A DNA stretch of 64,000 bases, taken from assembly GCA_965235115.1 (NCBI GenBank), contig OZ249436.1:40486001-40550000 (forward strand), read 5' to 3'. The position numbers and the translations under genes are program-made. Under the pieces are notes generated by a model that was not told where the DNA came from, made no database searches, and was given only the letters and a program-made list of their open reading frames with translations. Within the stretch, counting starts at the first letter, position 1; each line of letters begins with the position of its first letter. This DNA is from Laetmonice hystrix (lineage: Eukaryota). Positions 36,440 to 49,610 of this stretch are shown in pieces.

Positions 36440-36521
36440 GACGAGGTGGCCGAGTGGTTAAGGCGATGGACTGCTAATCCATTGGGCTCTGCCCGCGTGG
36501 GTTCGAATCCCATCCTCGTCG
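36440..36521 (+). tRNA. trnS: tRNA-Ser(GCT)
   Basis: Canonical sequence followed by an oligo-T run. Confidence 0.95.
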
Positions 36522-37095
36522 AACTTTTTTTGGGGAAGAATTTGTCTCCTTATATAGCTAATTCCCTATTGGATTCAGGCACAAGATAGCAGTGATGGAA
36601 CCTGCCCGCTATTGGCAGAATACTTAAACGCCAGTTTGAAGAGGTGTCGGCCTTGGTGTTTTATATTCAACGTGGCCTCCAGGCTTAAAACTTAAGACGT
36701 CGTAGTACGAAACGACGAGTAATCAATAGATTCTTTACATTTCCCCTCCCCCAACAGGAATGGTATATTTATGCACAAAAGGGTCTTTTAAATCCGTTTT
36801 AATGGCGTTGCCGGATGAGGTGAGAGACGATCGGTAGCAGAAATGTAATTTCCTGGTAGTCTCTGCGTTTAGCATCTCTAGACCAGGAAGATTGGGGAAT
36901 TTTGAAACCATGATGAAAGAGCAACAAACATATCGAAAATAGAATTAATCAGTTTATTTGCATGATATTTACACATTCTATGTAGTACAAGGGACGAAGA
37001 TCATGTTTTCCTTGACCGTTCGTATAATCTCAGCAACATATAGCACCAAAGTGTTCACAAGAAATAATTGTGTTCGCTTCACAATTCAGTAACAA

Positions 37096-38025
37096 CTATT
37101 CTCTGCAGATCCCGTCAAACTGCACCAGTCCTTCAACTTTGCAACTCGGCCGCGGGCGCGTGAAGTCGTGCAACGCAGAGATGTTGGGACGTCTCTTGGT
37201 TGGGGGTTCGCAATCGTCTGTGGCCTCGTCAGAATGCACTGTTCGTTGACAAGTCTCTGGCCTGTCTGTTTTCCCTTTTCTCTTCTCTCTCATGGAGCGT
37301 TCCCTTGACATCCAGTTACGCACCCACTGAGAAGTTCGGTCCAGCTCCTTTGCAAGTCGGTCTGCCTCGTCGGACGTAGGGTACGGATAGTCGACGTTTT
37401 CCCGGAACCACTTGCGCAGCACTGAGGAAGTTGGCGTCTCCGCTGTGGTCTGGGTCCGTCGCACTGGACGGAGTCGCTTGGGCCTGGCTGGCTTCCTACA
37501 GCAGATCCTGGTAGGTGGCGCTACTGGACAGGAAGGCGGCATGGGTACGGGATAAGTCAGAGATACGGCCGACTTGTAACGGACAAAACTGCCGATGGCA
37601 TGATCAAGTAGCACGTGTCTCTCGTTGTCATAGAAGTGGTGGATGGTCGGCTGGAATCTCAGGTTGTCAGCGTGTCCGTACTCGGCTTGAAGGCGCAGCG
37701 TCTCGAGGGTCCTTGTCTCTTGTAAGTAGCACTCAACCAGCGTCTTCAACCATCTGGAGTTGTCTGTCTTCTGGAAACTGTCGACTTGGTGGAGGAACCC
37801 AACGTGCCGATGATGTAAACTTGTACATCCTTGGTACTGCCTCTGGCATCGGCCCGCCCACAGGGACGTAGAGGGCGTCTTACTGGAGGGCTTCCAGGTA
37901 CCGGCCTCCAGGCTGCTCCACTCTGGGTCGTCTGGAGACATGGGAGCGATGACAATCGGGGCGACCTCGACCAGGCTGGTGTCGACCGCCGGCCGACTTG
38001 TTACATTCCCAGGTCGGTAATCCAT
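37096..38025 (-). CDS. Divergent TALE homeodomain protein, 309 aa
   Basis: Intact ORF. Confidence 0.85.
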   Translation of the reverse strand: MDYRPGNVTSRPAVDTSLVEVAPIVIAPMSPDDPEWSSLEAGTWKPSSKTPSTSLWAGRCQRQYQGCTSLHHRHVGFLHQVDSFQKTDNSRWLKTLVECYLQETRTLETLRLQAEYGHADNLRFQPTIHHFYDNERHVLLDHAIGSFVRYKSAVSLTYPVPMPPSCPVAPPTRICCRKPARPKRLRPVRRTQTTAETPTSSVLRKWFRENVDYPYPTSDEADRLAKELDRTSQWVRNWMSRERSMREKRKGKTDRPETCQRTVHSDEATDDCEPPTKRRPNISALHDFTRPRPSCKVEGLVQFDGICRE

Positions 38026-38942
38026 GGTGTGGCAGCTGTGGTAAGTTGAAGGTAGCTTTGATGGTGATGTGACTGCAGCGATACCTTGGGCGGATCTGTG
38101 CTTGAGTCACTGAAACAGGATGCCTATATAGGCGTCTTCATCTTAAGGTGCGATTCAAGGTGAGACCAAAACCATCAAGCCTTCGTCTCGCATTTCTTTG
38201 AAGGGCAGTTCGATTGACAACTTCAAGTAACACAACCTCTGGGATGAAAGAAAAAGGTGTTAGTTATAGATAAAGTGTTTGTAACACATTTGAACGTAGG
38301 TGACGAAAGGCCAGGATTCATCTTATGACTTCAAAGATTCACACCTTGATTTTGTATGACTCATAGTTGAGCTTCAAAGGTTCACACATGGGCCGGGATG
38401 GTCCATGGTGTAGCAGCTGTGGTAAGTTGATGGTAGCTTTGATGGTGATGTGACTGCAGCGATACATTGGGCGGATCTGTGCTTGAGCCACTAACCAGGG
38501 TGCCTACATAGGCGTCTTCATCTTAAGGTGCGATTGAAGGTGAGACCAAAACCATCAAGCCTTCGTCTCGCATTTCTTTGAAGGGCAGTCCGATTGACAA
38601 CTTGAAGTAACACAACTTCTGGGATAAAAGAAAAAGGTGTTGGTTGGATAAAGTGTTTGTAACACATTTGGACCTAACTGACGAAGGGGCAGGACCCGTC
38701 TTATGACTTCAAAGATTCACACCTTGATTTTGTATGACTCACAGTTGAGCTTCACAGGTTCAGACATGGGCCGGGATGACTTGAGTCTCTATCACCTCTA
38801 TCATACATTAAAGCATAAATTGAGTATTGCCCCTAAACACGTCGTCTTTTAATAATATTGGTCATTGCAGTGTTTCCCTTCTTCCGTCCAGTTTTTATTT
38901 TATTTTTTGAAACATGGGAAGGGGGAAACTGAAACGTGGACA

Positions 38943-39024
38943 GAAGAGGTGGCCGAGTGGTTAAGGCGATGGACTGCTAATCCATTGGGCTCTGCCCGCG
39001 TGGGTTCGAATCCCATCCTCGTCG
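38943..39024 (+). tRNA. trnS: tRNA-Ser(GCT), acceptor-stem variant C3A
   Basis: GAAGAGG instead of GACGAGG. Confidence 0.8.
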
Positions 39025-39598
39025 AACTTTTTTGGGGGAAGAATTTGTCTCCTTATATAGCTAATTCCCTATTGGATTCAGGCACAAGATAGCAGTGATG
39101 GAGCCTGCCCTCTATTGGCAGAATACTGAAACGCCAGTTTGAAGAGGTGTCGGCCTTGGTGTTTTATATTCAACGTGGCCTCCAGGCTTAAAACTTAAGA
39201 CGTCGTAGTACGAAACGACGAGTAATCAATAGATTCTTTACATTTCCCCTCCCCCAACAGGAATGGTATATTTATGCACAAAAGGGTCTTTTAAATCCGT
39301 TTTAATGGCGTTGCCGGATGAGGTGAGAGACGATCGGTAGCAGAAATGTAATTTCCTGGTAGTCTCTGCGTTTAGCATCTCTAGACCAGGAAGATTGGGG
39401 AATTTTGAAACCATGATGGAAGAGCAACAAACATATCGAAAATAGAATTAATCAGTTTATTTGCATGATATTTACACATTCTATGTAGTACAAGGGACGA
39501 AGATCATGTTTTCCTTGACCGTTCGTATAATCTCAGCAACATATAGCACCAAAGTGTTCACAAGAAATAATTGTGTTCGCTTCACAATTCAGTAACAA

Positions 39599-40528
39599 CT
39601 ATTCTCTGCAGATCCCGTCAAACTGCACCAGTCCTTCAACTTTGCAACTCGGCCGCGGGCGCGTGAAGTCGTGCAACGCAGAGATGTTGGGACGTCTCTT
39701 GGTTGGGGGTTCGCAATCGTCTGTGGCCTCGTCAGAATGCACTGTTCGTTGACAAGTCTCTGGCCTGTCTGTTTTCCCTTTTCTCTTCTCTCTCATGGAG
39801 CGTTCCCTTGACATCCAGTTGCGCACCCACTGAGAAGTTCGGCCCAGCTCCTTTGCAAGTCGGTCTGCCTCGTCGGACGTAGGGTACGGATAGTCGACGT
39901 TTTCCCGGAACCACTTGCGCAGCACTGAGGAAGTTGGCGTCTCCGCTGTGGTCTGGGTCCGTCGCACTGGACGGAGTCGCTTGGGCCTGGCTGGCTTCCT
40001 ACAGCAGATCCTGGTAGGTGGCGCTACTGGACAGGAAGGCGGCATGGGTACGGGATAAGTCAGAGATACGGCCGACTTGTAACGGACAAAACTGCCGATG
40101 GCATGATCAAGTAGCACGTGTCTCTCGTTGTCATAGAAGTGGTGGATGGTCGGCTGGAATCTCAGGTTGTCAGCGTGTCCGTACTCGGCTTGAAGGCGCA
40201 GCGTCTCGAGGGTCCTTGTCTCTTGTAAGTAGCACTCAACCAGCGTCTTCAACCATCTGGAGTTGTCTGTCTTCTGGAAACTGTCGACTTGGTGGAGGAA
40301 CCCAACGTGCCGATGATGTAAACTTGTACATCCTTGGTACTGCCTCTGGCATCGGCCCGCCCACAGGGACGTAGAGGGCGTCTTACTGGAGGGCTTCCAG
40401 GTACCGGCCTCCAGGCTGCTCCACTCTGGGTCGTCTGGAGACATGGGAGCGATGACAATCGGGGCGACCTCGACCAGGCTGGTGTCGACCGCCGGCCGAC
40501 TTGTTACATTCCCAGGTCGGTAATCCAT
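39599..40528 (-). CDS. Divergent TALE homeodomain protein, 309 aa
   Basis: Intact ORF. Confidence 0.85.
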   Translation of the reverse strand: MDYRPGNVTSRPAVDTSLVEVAPIVIAPMSPDDPEWSSLEAGTWKPSSKTPSTSLWAGRCQRQYQGCTSLHHRHVGFLHQVDSFQKTDNSRWLKTLVECYLQETRTLETLRLQAEYGHADNLRFQPTIHHFYDNERHVLLDHAIGSFVRYKSAVSLTYPVPMPPSCPVAPPTRICCRKPARPKRLRPVRRTQTTAETPTSSVLRKWFRENVDYPYPTSDEADRLAKELGRTSQWVRNWMSRERSMREKRKGKTDRPETCQRTVHSDEATDDCEPPTKRRPNISALHDFTRPRPSCKVEGLVQFDGICRE

Positions 40529-41445
40529 GGTGTGGCAGCTGTGGTAAGTTGAAGGTAGCTTTGATGGTGATGTGACTGCAGCGATACCTTGGGCGGATCT
40601 GTGCTTGAGTCACTGAAACAGGATGCCTATATAGGCGTCTTCATCTTAAGGTGCGATTGAAGGTGAGACCAAAACCATCAAGCCTTCGTCTCGCATTTCT
40701 TTGAAGGGCAGTTCGATTGACAACTTCAAGTAACACAACCTCTGGGATGAAAGAAAAAGGTGTTAGTTATAGATAAAGTGTTTGTAACACATTTGAACGT
40801 AGGTGACGAAAGGCCAGGATTCATCTTATGACTTCAAAGATTCACACCTTGATTTTGTATGACTCATAGTTGAGCTTCAAAGGTTCACACATGGGCCGGG
40901 ATGGTCCATGGTGTAGCAGCTGTGGTAAGTTGATGGTAGCTTTGATGGTGATGTGACTGCAGCGATACATTGGGCGGATCTGTGCTTGAGCCACTAACCA
41001 GGATGCCTACATAGGCGTCTTCATCTTAAGGTGCGATTGAAGGTGAGACCAAAACCATCAAGCCTTCGTCTCGCATTTCTTTGAAGGGCAGTCCGATTGA
41101 CAACTTGAAGTAACACAACTTCTGGGATAAAAGAAAAAGGTGTTGGTTGGATAAAGTGTTTGTAACACATTTGGACCTAACTGACGAAGGGGCAGGACCC
41201 GTCTTATGACTTCAAAGATTCACACCTTGATTTTGTATGACTCACAGTTGAGCTTCACAGGTTCAGACATGGGCCGGGATGACTTGAGTCTCTATCACCT
41301 CTATCATACATTAAAGCATAAATTGAGTATTGCCCCTAAACACGTCGTCTTTTAATAATATTGGTCATTGCAGTGTTTCCCTTCTTCCGTCCAGTTTTTA
41401 TTTTATTTTTTGAAACATGGGAAGGGGGAAACTGAAACGTGGACA

Positions 41446-41527
41446 GACGAGGTGGCCGAGTGGTTAAGGCGATGGACTGCTAATCCATTGGGCTCTGCCC
41501 GCGTGGGTTCGAATCCCATCCTCGTCG
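41446..41527 (+). tRNA. trnS: tRNA-Ser(GCT)
   Basis: Canonical sequence followed by T6. Confidence 0.95.
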
Positions 41528-42101
41528 AACTTTTTTGGGGGAAGAATTTGTCTCCTTATATAGCTAATTCCCTATTGGATTCAGGCACAAGATAGCAGTG
41601 ATGGAGCCTGCCCTCTATTGGCAGAATACTGAAACGCCAGTTTGAAGAGGTGTCGGCCTTGGTGTTTTATATTCAACGTGGCCTCCAGGCTTAAAACTTA
41701 AGACGTCGTAGTACGAAACGACGAGTAATCAATAGATTCTTTACATTTCCCCTCCCCCAACAGGAATGGTATATTTATGCACAAAAGGGTCTTTTAAATC
41801 CGTTTTAATGGCGTTGCCGGATGAGGTGAGAGACGATCGGTAGCAGAAATGTAATTTCCTGGTAGTCTCTGCGTTTAGCATCTCTAGACCAGGAAGATTG
41901 GGGAATTTTGAAACCATGATGAAAGAGCAACAAACATATCGAAAATAGAATTAATCAGTTTATTTGCATGATATTTACACATTCTATGTAGTACAAGGGA
42001 CGAAGATCATGTTTTCCTTGACCGTTCGTATAATCTCAGCAACATATAGCACCAAAGTGTTCACAAGAAATAATTGTGTTCGCTTCACAATTCAGTAACA
42101 A

Positions 42102-43031
42102 CTATTCTCTGCAGATCCCGTCAAACTGCACCAGTCCTTCAACTTTGCAACTCGGCCGCGGGCGCGTGAAGTCGTGCAACGCAGAGATGTTGGGACGTCT
42201 CTTGGTTGGGGGTTCGCAATCGTCTGTGGCCTCGTCAGAATGCACTGTTCGTTGACAAGTCTCTGGCCTGTCTGTTTTCCCTTTTCTCTTCTCTCTCATG
42301 GAGCGTTCCCTTGACATCCAGTTGCGCACCCACTGAGAAGTTCGGCCCAGCTCCTTTGCAAGTCGGTCTGCCTCGTCGGACGTAGGGTACGGATAGTCGA
42401 CGTTTTCCCGGAACCACTTGCGCAGCACTGAGGAAGTTGGCGTCTCCGCTGTGGTCTGGGTCCGTCGCACTGGACGGAGTCGCTTGGGCCTGGCTGGCTT
42501 CCTACAGCAGATCCTGGTAGGTGGCGCTACTGGACAGGAAGGCGGCATGGGTACGGGATAAGTCAGAGATACGGCCGACTTGTAACGGACAAAACTGCCG
42601 ATGGCATGATCAAGTAGCACGTGTCTCTCGTTGTCATAGAAGTGGTGGATGGTCGGCTGGAATCTCAGGTTGTCAGCGTGTCCGTACTCGGCTTGAAGGC
42701 GCAGCGTCTCGAGGGTCCTTGTCTCTTGTAAGTAGCACTCAACCAGCGTCTTCAACCATCTGGAGTTGTCTGTCTTCTGGAAACTGTCGACTTGGTGGAG
42801 GAACCCAACGTGCCGATGATGTAAACTTGTACATCCTTGGTACTGCCTCTGGCATCGGCCCGCCCACAGGGACGTAGAGGGCGTCTTACTGGAGGGCTTC
42901 CAGGTACCGGCCTCCAGGCTGCTCCACTCTGGGTCGTCTGGAGACATGGGAGCGATGACAATCGGGGCGACCTCGACCAGGCTGGTGTCGACCGCCGGCC
43001 GACTTGTTACATTCCCAGGTCGGTAATCCAT
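42102..43031 (-). CDS. Divergent TALE homeodomain protein, 309 aa
   Basis: Intact ORF. Confidence 0.85.
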   Translation of the reverse strand: MDYRPGNVTSRPAVDTSLVEVAPIVIAPMSPDDPEWSSLEAGTWKPSSKTPSTSLWAGRCQRQYQGCTSLHHRHVGFLHQVDSFQKTDNSRWLKTLVECYLQETRTLETLRLQAEYGHADNLRFQPTIHHFYDNERHVLLDHAIGSFVRYKSAVSLTYPVPMPPSCPVAPPTRICCRKPARPKRLRPVRRTQTTAETPTSSVLRKWFRENVDYPYPTSDEADRLAKELGRTSQWVRNWMSRERSMREKRKGKTDRPETCQRTVHSDEATDDCEPPTKRRPNISALHDFTRPRPSCKVEGLVQFDGICRE

Positions 43032-43948
43032 GGTGTGGCAGCTGTGGTAAGTTGAAGGTAGCTTTGATGGTGATGTGACTGCAGCGATACCTTGGGCGGA
43101 TCTGTGCTTGAGTCACTGAAACAGGATGCCTATATAGGCGTCTTCATCTTAAGGTGCGATTGAAGGTGAGACCAAAACCATCAAGCCTTCGTCTCGCATT
43201 TCTTTGAAGGGCAGTTCGATTGACAACTTCAAGTAACACAACCTCTGGGATGAAAGAAAAAGGTGTTAGTTATAGATAAAGTGTTTGTAACACATTTGAA
43301 CGTAGGTGACGAAAGGCCAGGATTCATCTTATGACTTCAAAGATTCACACCTTGATTTTGTATGACTCATAGTTGAGCTTCAAAGGTTCACACATGGGCC
43401 GGGATGGTCCATGGTGTAGCAGCTGTGGTAAGTTGATGGTAGCTTTGATGGTGATGTGACTGCAGCGATACATTGGGCGGATCTGTGCTTGAGCCACTAA
43501 CCAGGGTGCCTACATAGGCGTCTTCATCTTAAGGTGCGATTGAAGGTCAGACCAAAACCATCAAGCCTTCGTCTCGCATTTCTTTGAAGGGCAGTCCGAT
43601 TGACAACTTGAAGTAACACAACTTCTGGGATAAAAGAAAAAGGTGTTGGTTGGATAAAGTGTTTGTAACACATTTGGACCTAACTGACGAAGGGGCAGGA
43701 CCCGTCTTATGACTTCAAAGATTCACACCTTGATTTTGTATGACTCACAGTTGAGCTTCACAGGTTCAGACATGGGCCGGGATGACTTGAGTCTCTATCA
43801 CCTCTATCATACATTAAAGCATAAATTGAGTATTGCCCCCAAACACGTCGTCTTTTAATAATATTGGTCATTGCAGTGTTTCCCTTCTTCCGTCCAGTTT
43901 TTATTTTATTTTTTGAAACATGGGAAGGGGGAAACTGAAACGTGGACA

Positions 43949-44030
43949 GACGAGGTGGCCGAGTGGTTAAGGCGATGGACTGCTAATCCATTGGGCTCTG
44001 CCCGCGTGGGTTCGAATCCCATCCTCGTCG
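43949..44030 (+). tRNA. trnS: tRNA-Ser(GCT)
   Basis: Canonical sequence followed by T6. Confidence 0.95.
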
Positions 44031-44604
44031 AACTTTTTTGGGGGAAGAATTTGTCTCCTTATATAGCTAATTCCCTATTGGATTCAGGCACAAGATAGCA
44101 GTGATGGAGCCTGCCCTCTATTGGCAGAATACTGAAACGCCAGTTTGAAGAGGTGTCGGCCTTGGTGTTTTATATTCAACGTGGCCTCCAGGCTTAAAAC
44201 TTAAGACGTCGTAGTACGAAACGACGAGTAATCAATAGATTCTTTACATTTCCCCTCCCCCAACAGGAATGGTATATTTATGCACAAAAGGGTCTTTTAA
44301 ATCCGTTTTAATGGCGTTGCCGGATGAGGTGAGAGACGATCGGTAGCAGAAATGTAATTTCCTGGTAGTCTCTGCGTTTAGCATCTCTAGACCAGGAAGA
44401 TTGGGGAATTTTGAAACCATGATGAAAGAGCAACAAACATATCGAAAATAGAATTAATCAGTGTATTTGCATGATATTTACACATTCTATGTAGTACAAG
44501 GGACGAAGATCATGTTTTCCTTGACCGTTCGTATAATCTCAGCAACATATAGCACCAAAGTGTTCACAAGAAATAATTGTGTTCGCTTCACAATTCAGTA
44601 ACAA

Positions 44605-45534
44605 CTATTCTCTGCAGATCCCGTCAAACTGCACCAGTCCTTCAACTTTGCAACTCGGCCGCGGGCGCGTGAAGTCGTGCAACGCAGAGATGTTGGGACG
44701 TCTCTTGGTTGGGGGTTCGCAATCGTCTGTGGCCTCGTCAGAATGCACTGTTCGTTGACAAGTCTCTGGCCTGTCTGTTTTCCCTTTTCTCTTCTCTCTC
44801 ATGGAGCGTTCCCTTGACATCCAGTTGCGCACCCACTGAGAAGTTCGGCCCAGCTCCTTTGCAAGTCGGTCTGCCTCGTCGGACGTAGGGTACGGATAGT
44901 CGACGTTTTCCCGGAACCACTTGCGCAGCACTGAGGAAGTTGGCGTCTCCGCTGTGGTCTGGGTCCGTCGCACTGGACGGAGTCGCTTGGGCCTGGCTGG
45001 CTTCCTACAGCAGATCCTGGTAGGTGGCGCTACTGGACAGGAAGGCGGCATGGGTACGGGATAAGTCAGAGATACGGCCGACTTGTAACGGACAAAACTG
45101 CCGATGGCATGATCAAGTAGCACGTGTCTCTCGTTGTCATAGAAGTGGTGGATGGTCGGCTGGAATCTCAGGTTGTCAGCGTGTCCGTACTCGGCTTGAA
45201 GGCGCAGCGTCTCGAGGGTCCTTGTCTCTTGTAAGTAGCACTCAACCAGCGTCTTCAACCATCTGGAGTTGTCTGTCTTCTGGAAACTGTCGACTTGGTG
45301 GAGGAACCCAACGTGCCGATGATGTAAACTTGTACATCCTTGGTACTGCCTCTGGCATCGGCCCGCCCACAGGGACGTAGAGGGCGTCTTACTGGAGGGC
45401 TTCCAGGTACCGGCCTCCAGGCTGCTCCACTCTGGGTCGTCTGGAGACATGGGAGCGATGACAATCGGGGCGACCTCGACCAGGCTGGTGTCGACCGCCG
45501 GCCGACTTGTTACATTCCCAGGTCGGTAATCCAT
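44605..45534 (-). CDS. Divergent TALE homeodomain protein, 309 aa
   Basis: Intact ORF; its AATAAA is changed to AATACA. Confidence 0.83.
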   Translation of the reverse strand: MDYRPGNVTSRPAVDTSLVEVAPIVIAPMSPDDPEWSSLEAGTWKPSSKTPSTSLWAGRCQRQYQGCTSLHHRHVGFLHQVDSFQKTDNSRWLKTLVECYLQETRTLETLRLQAEYGHADNLRFQPTIHHFYDNERHVLLDHAIGSFVRYKSAVSLTYPVPMPPSCPVAPPTRICCRKPARPKRLRPVRRTQTTAETPTSSVLRKWFRENVDYPYPTSDEADRLAKELGRTSQWVRNWMSRERSMREKRKGKTDRPETCQRTVHSDEATDDCEPPTKRRPNISALHDFTRPRPSCKVEGLVQFDGICRE

Positions 45535-46451
45535 GGTGTGGCAGCTGTGGTAAGTTGAAGGTAGCTTTGATGGTGATGTGACTGCAGCGATACCTTGGGC
45601 GGATCTGTGCTTGAGTCACTGAAACAGGATGCCTATATAGGCGTCTTCATCTTAAGGTGCGATTCAAGGTGAGACCAAAACCATCAAGCCTTCGTCTCGC
45701 ATTTCTTTGAAGGGCAGTTCGATTGACAACTTCAAGTAACACAACCTCTGGGATGAAAGAAAAAGGTGTTAGTTATAGATAAAGTGTTTGTAACACATTT
45801 GAACGTAGGTGACGAAAGGCCAGGATTCATCTTATGACTTCAAAGATTCACACCTTGATTTTGTATGACTCATAGTTGAGCTTCAAAGGTTCACACATGG
45901 GCCGGGATGGTCCATGGTGTAGCAGCTGTGGTAAGTTGATGGTAGCTTTGATGGTGATGTGACTGCAGCGATACATTGGGCGGATCTGTGCTTGAGCCAC
46001 TAACCAGGGTGCCTACATAGGCGTCTTCATCTTAAGGTGCGATTGAAGGTGAGACCAAAACCATCAAGCCTTCGTCTCGCATTTCTTTGAAGGGCAGTCC
46101 GATTGACAACTTGAAGTAACACAACTTCTGGGATAAAAGAAAAAGGTGTTGGTTGGATAAAGTGTTTGTAACACATTTGGACCTAACTGACGAAGGGGCA
46201 GGACCCGTCTTATGACTTCAAAGATTCACACCTTGATTTTGTATGACTCACAGTTGAGCTTCACAGGTTCAGACATGGGCCGGGATGACTTGAGTCTCTA
46301 TCACCTCTATCATACATTAAAGCATAAATTGAGTATTGCCCCTAAACACGTCGTCTTTTAATAATATTGGTCATTGCAGTGTTTCCCTTCTTCCGTCCAG
46401 TTTTTATTTTATTTTTTGAAACATGGGAAGGGGGAAACTGAAACGTGGACA

Positions 46452-46533
46452 GACGAGGTGGCCGAGTGGTTAAGGCGATGGACTGCTAATCCATTGGGCT
46501 CTGCCCGCGTGGGTTCGAATGCCATCCTCGTCG
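46452..46533 (+). tRNA. trnS: tRNA-Ser(GCT), B-box variant C61G
   Basis: GGTTCGAATGCC. Confidence 0.8.
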
Positions 46534-47107
46534 AACTTTTTTGGGGGAAGAATTTGTCTCCTTATATAGCTAATTCCCTATTGGATTCAGGCACAAGATA
46601 GCAGTGATGGAGCCTGCCCTCTATTGGCAGAATACTGAAACGCCAGTTTGAAGAGGTGTCGGCCTTGGTGTTTTATATTCAACGTGGCCTCCAGGCTTAA
46701 AACTTAAGACGTCGTAGTACGAAACGACGAGTAATCAATAGATTCTTTACATTTCCCCTCCCCCAACAGGAATGGTATATTTATGCACAAAAGGGTCTTT
46801 TAAATCCGTTTTAATGGCGTTGCCGGATGAGGTGAGAGACGATCGGTAGCAGAAATGTAATTTCCTGGTAGTCTCTGCGTTTAGCATCTCTAGACCAGGA
46901 AGATTGGGGAATTTTGAAACCATGATGAAAGAGCAACAAACATATCGGAAATAGAATTAATCAGTTTATTTGCATGATATTTACACATTCTATGTAGTAC
47001 AAGGGACGAAGATCATGTTTTCCTTGACCGTTCGTATAATCTCAGCAACATATAGCACCAAAGTGTTCACAAGAAATAATTGTGTTCGCTTCACAATTCA
47101 GTAACAA

Positions 47108-48037
47108 CTATTCTCTGCAGATCCCGTCAAACTGCACCAGTCCTTCAACTTTGCAACTCGGCCGCGGGCGCGTGAAGTCGTGCAACGCAGAGATGTTGGG
47201 ACGTCTCTTGGTTGGGGGTTCGCAATCGTCTGTGGCCTCGTCAGAATGCACTGTTCGTTGACAAGTCTCTGGCCTGTCTGTTTTCCCTTTTCTCTTCTCT
47301 CTCATGGAGCGTTCCCTTGACATCCAGTTGCGCACCCACTGAGAAGTTCGGCCCAGCTCCTTTGCAAGTCGGTCTGCCTCGTCGGACGTAGGGTACGGAT
47401 AGTCGACGTTTTCCCGGAACCACTTGCGCAGCACTGAGGAAGTTGGCGTCTCCGCTGTGGTCTGGGTCCGTCGCACTGGACGGAGTCGCTTGGGCCTGGC
47501 TGGCTTCCTACAGCAGATCCTGGTAGGTGGCGCTACTGGACAGGAAGGCGGCATGGGTACGGGATAAGTCAGAGATACGGCCGACTTGTAACGGACAAAA
47601 CTGCCGATGGCATGATCAAGTAGCACGTGTCTCTCGTTGTCATAGAAGTGGTGGATGGTCGGCTGGAATCTCAGGTTGTCAGCGTGTCCGTACTCGGCTT
47701 GAAGGCGCAGCGTCTCGAGGGTCCTTGTCTCTTGTAAGTAGCACTCAACCAGCGTCTTCAACCATCTGGAGTTGTCTGTCTTCTGGAAACTGTCGACTTG
47801 GTGGAGGAACCCAACGTGCCGATGATGTAAACTTGTACATCCTTGGTACTGCCTCTGGCATCGGCCCGCCCACAGGGACGTAGAGGGCGTCTTACTGGAG
47901 GGCTTCCAGGTACCGGCCTCCAGGCTGCTCCACTCTGGGTCGTCTGGAGACATGGGAGCGATGACAATCGGGGCGACCTCGACCAGGCTGGTGTCGACCG
48001 CCGGCCGACTTGTTACATTCCCAGGTCGGTAATCCAT
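47108..48037 (-). CDS. Divergent TALE homeodomain protein, 309 aa
   Basis: Intact ORF. Confidence 0.85.
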   Translation of the reverse strand: MDYRPGNVTSRPAVDTSLVEVAPIVIAPMSPDDPEWSSLEAGTWKPSSKTPSTSLWAGRCQRQYQGCTSLHHRHVGFLHQVDSFQKTDNSRWLKTLVECYLQETRTLETLRLQAEYGHADNLRFQPTIHHFYDNERHVLLDHAIGSFVRYKSAVSLTYPVPMPPSCPVAPPTRICCRKPARPKRLRPVRRTQTTAETPTSSVLRKWFRENVDYPYPTSDEADRLAKELGRTSQWVRNWMSRERSMREKRKGKTDRPETCQRTVHSDEATDDCEPPTKRRPNISALHDFTRPRPSCKVEGLVQFDGICRE

Positions 48038-48954
48038 GGTGTGGCAGCTGTGGTAAGTTGAAGGTAGCTTTGATGTTGATGTGACTGCAGCGATACCTTG
48101 GGCGGATCTGTGCTTGAGTCACTGAAACAGGATGCCTATATAGGCGTCTTCATCTTAAGGTGCGATTCAAGGTGAGACCAAAACCATCAAGCCTTCGTCT
48201 CGCATTTCTTTGAAGGGCAGTTCGATTGACAACTTCAAGTAACACAACCTCTGGGATGAAAGAAAAAGGTGTTAGTTATAGATAAAGTGTTTGTAACACA
48301 TTTGAACGTAGGTGACGAAAGGCCAGGATTCATCTTATGACTTCAAAGATTCACACCTTGATTTTGTATGACTCATAGTTGAGCTTCAAAGGTTCACACA
48401 TGGGCCGGGATGGTCCATGGTGTAGCAGCTGTGGTAAGTTGATGGTAGCTTTGATGGTGATGTGACTGCAGCGATACATTGGGCGGATCTGTGCTTGAGC
48501 CACTAACCAGGATGCCTACATAGGCGTCTTCATCTTAAGGTGCGATTGAAGGTGAGACCAAAACCATCAAGCCTTCGTCTCGCATTTCTTTGAAGGGCAG
48601 TCCGATTGACAACTTGAAGTAACACAACTTCTGGGATAAAAGAAAAAGGTGTTGGTTGGATAAAGTGTTTGTAACACATTTGGACCTAACTGACGAAGGG
48701 GCAGGACCCGTCTTATGACTTCAAAGATTCACACCTTGATTTTGTATGACTCACAGTTGAGCTTCACAGGTTCAGACATGGGCCGGGATGACTTGAGTCT
48801 CTATCACCTCTATCATATATTAAAGCATAAATTGAGTATTGCCCCTAAACACGTCGTCTTTTAATAATATTGGTCATTGCAGTGTTTCCCTTCTTCCGTC
48901 CAGTTTTTATTTTATTTTTTGAAACATGGGAAGGGGGAAACTGAAACGTGGACA

Positions 48955-49036
48955 GACGAGGTGGCCGAGTGGTTAAGGCGATGGACTGCTAATCCATTGG
49001 GCTCTGCCCGCGTGGGTTCGAATCCCATCCTCGTCG
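48955..49036 (+). tRNA. trnS: tRNA-Ser(GCT)
   Basis: Canonical sequence followed by T6. Confidence 0.95.
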
Positions 49037-49610
49037 AACTTTTTTGGGGGAAGAATTTGTCTCCTTATATAGCTAATTCCCTATTGGATTCAGGCACAAG
49101 ATAGCAGTGATGGAGCCTGCCCTCTATTGGCAGAATACTGAAACGCCAGTTTGAAGAGGTGTCGGCCTTGGTGTTTTATATTCAACGTGGCCTCCAGGCT
49201 TAAAACTTAAGACGTCGTAGTACGAAACGACGAGTAATCAATAGATTCTTTACATTTCCCCTCCCCCAACAGGAATGGTATATTTATGCACAAAAGGGTC
49301 TTTTAAATCCGTTTTAATGGCGTTGCCGGATGAGGTGAGAGACGATCGGTAGCAGAAATGTAATTTCCTGGTAGTCTCTGCGTTTAGCATCTCTAGACCA
49401 GGAAGATTGGGGAATTTTGAAACCATGATGAAAGAGCAACAAACATATCGAAAATAGAATTAATCAGTTTATTTGCATGATATTTACACATTCTATGTAG
49501 TACAAGGGACGAAGATCATGTTTTCCTTGACCGTTCGTATAATCTCAGCAACATATAGCACCAAAGTGTTCACAAGAAATAATTGTGTTCGCTTCACAAT
49601 TCAGTAACAA

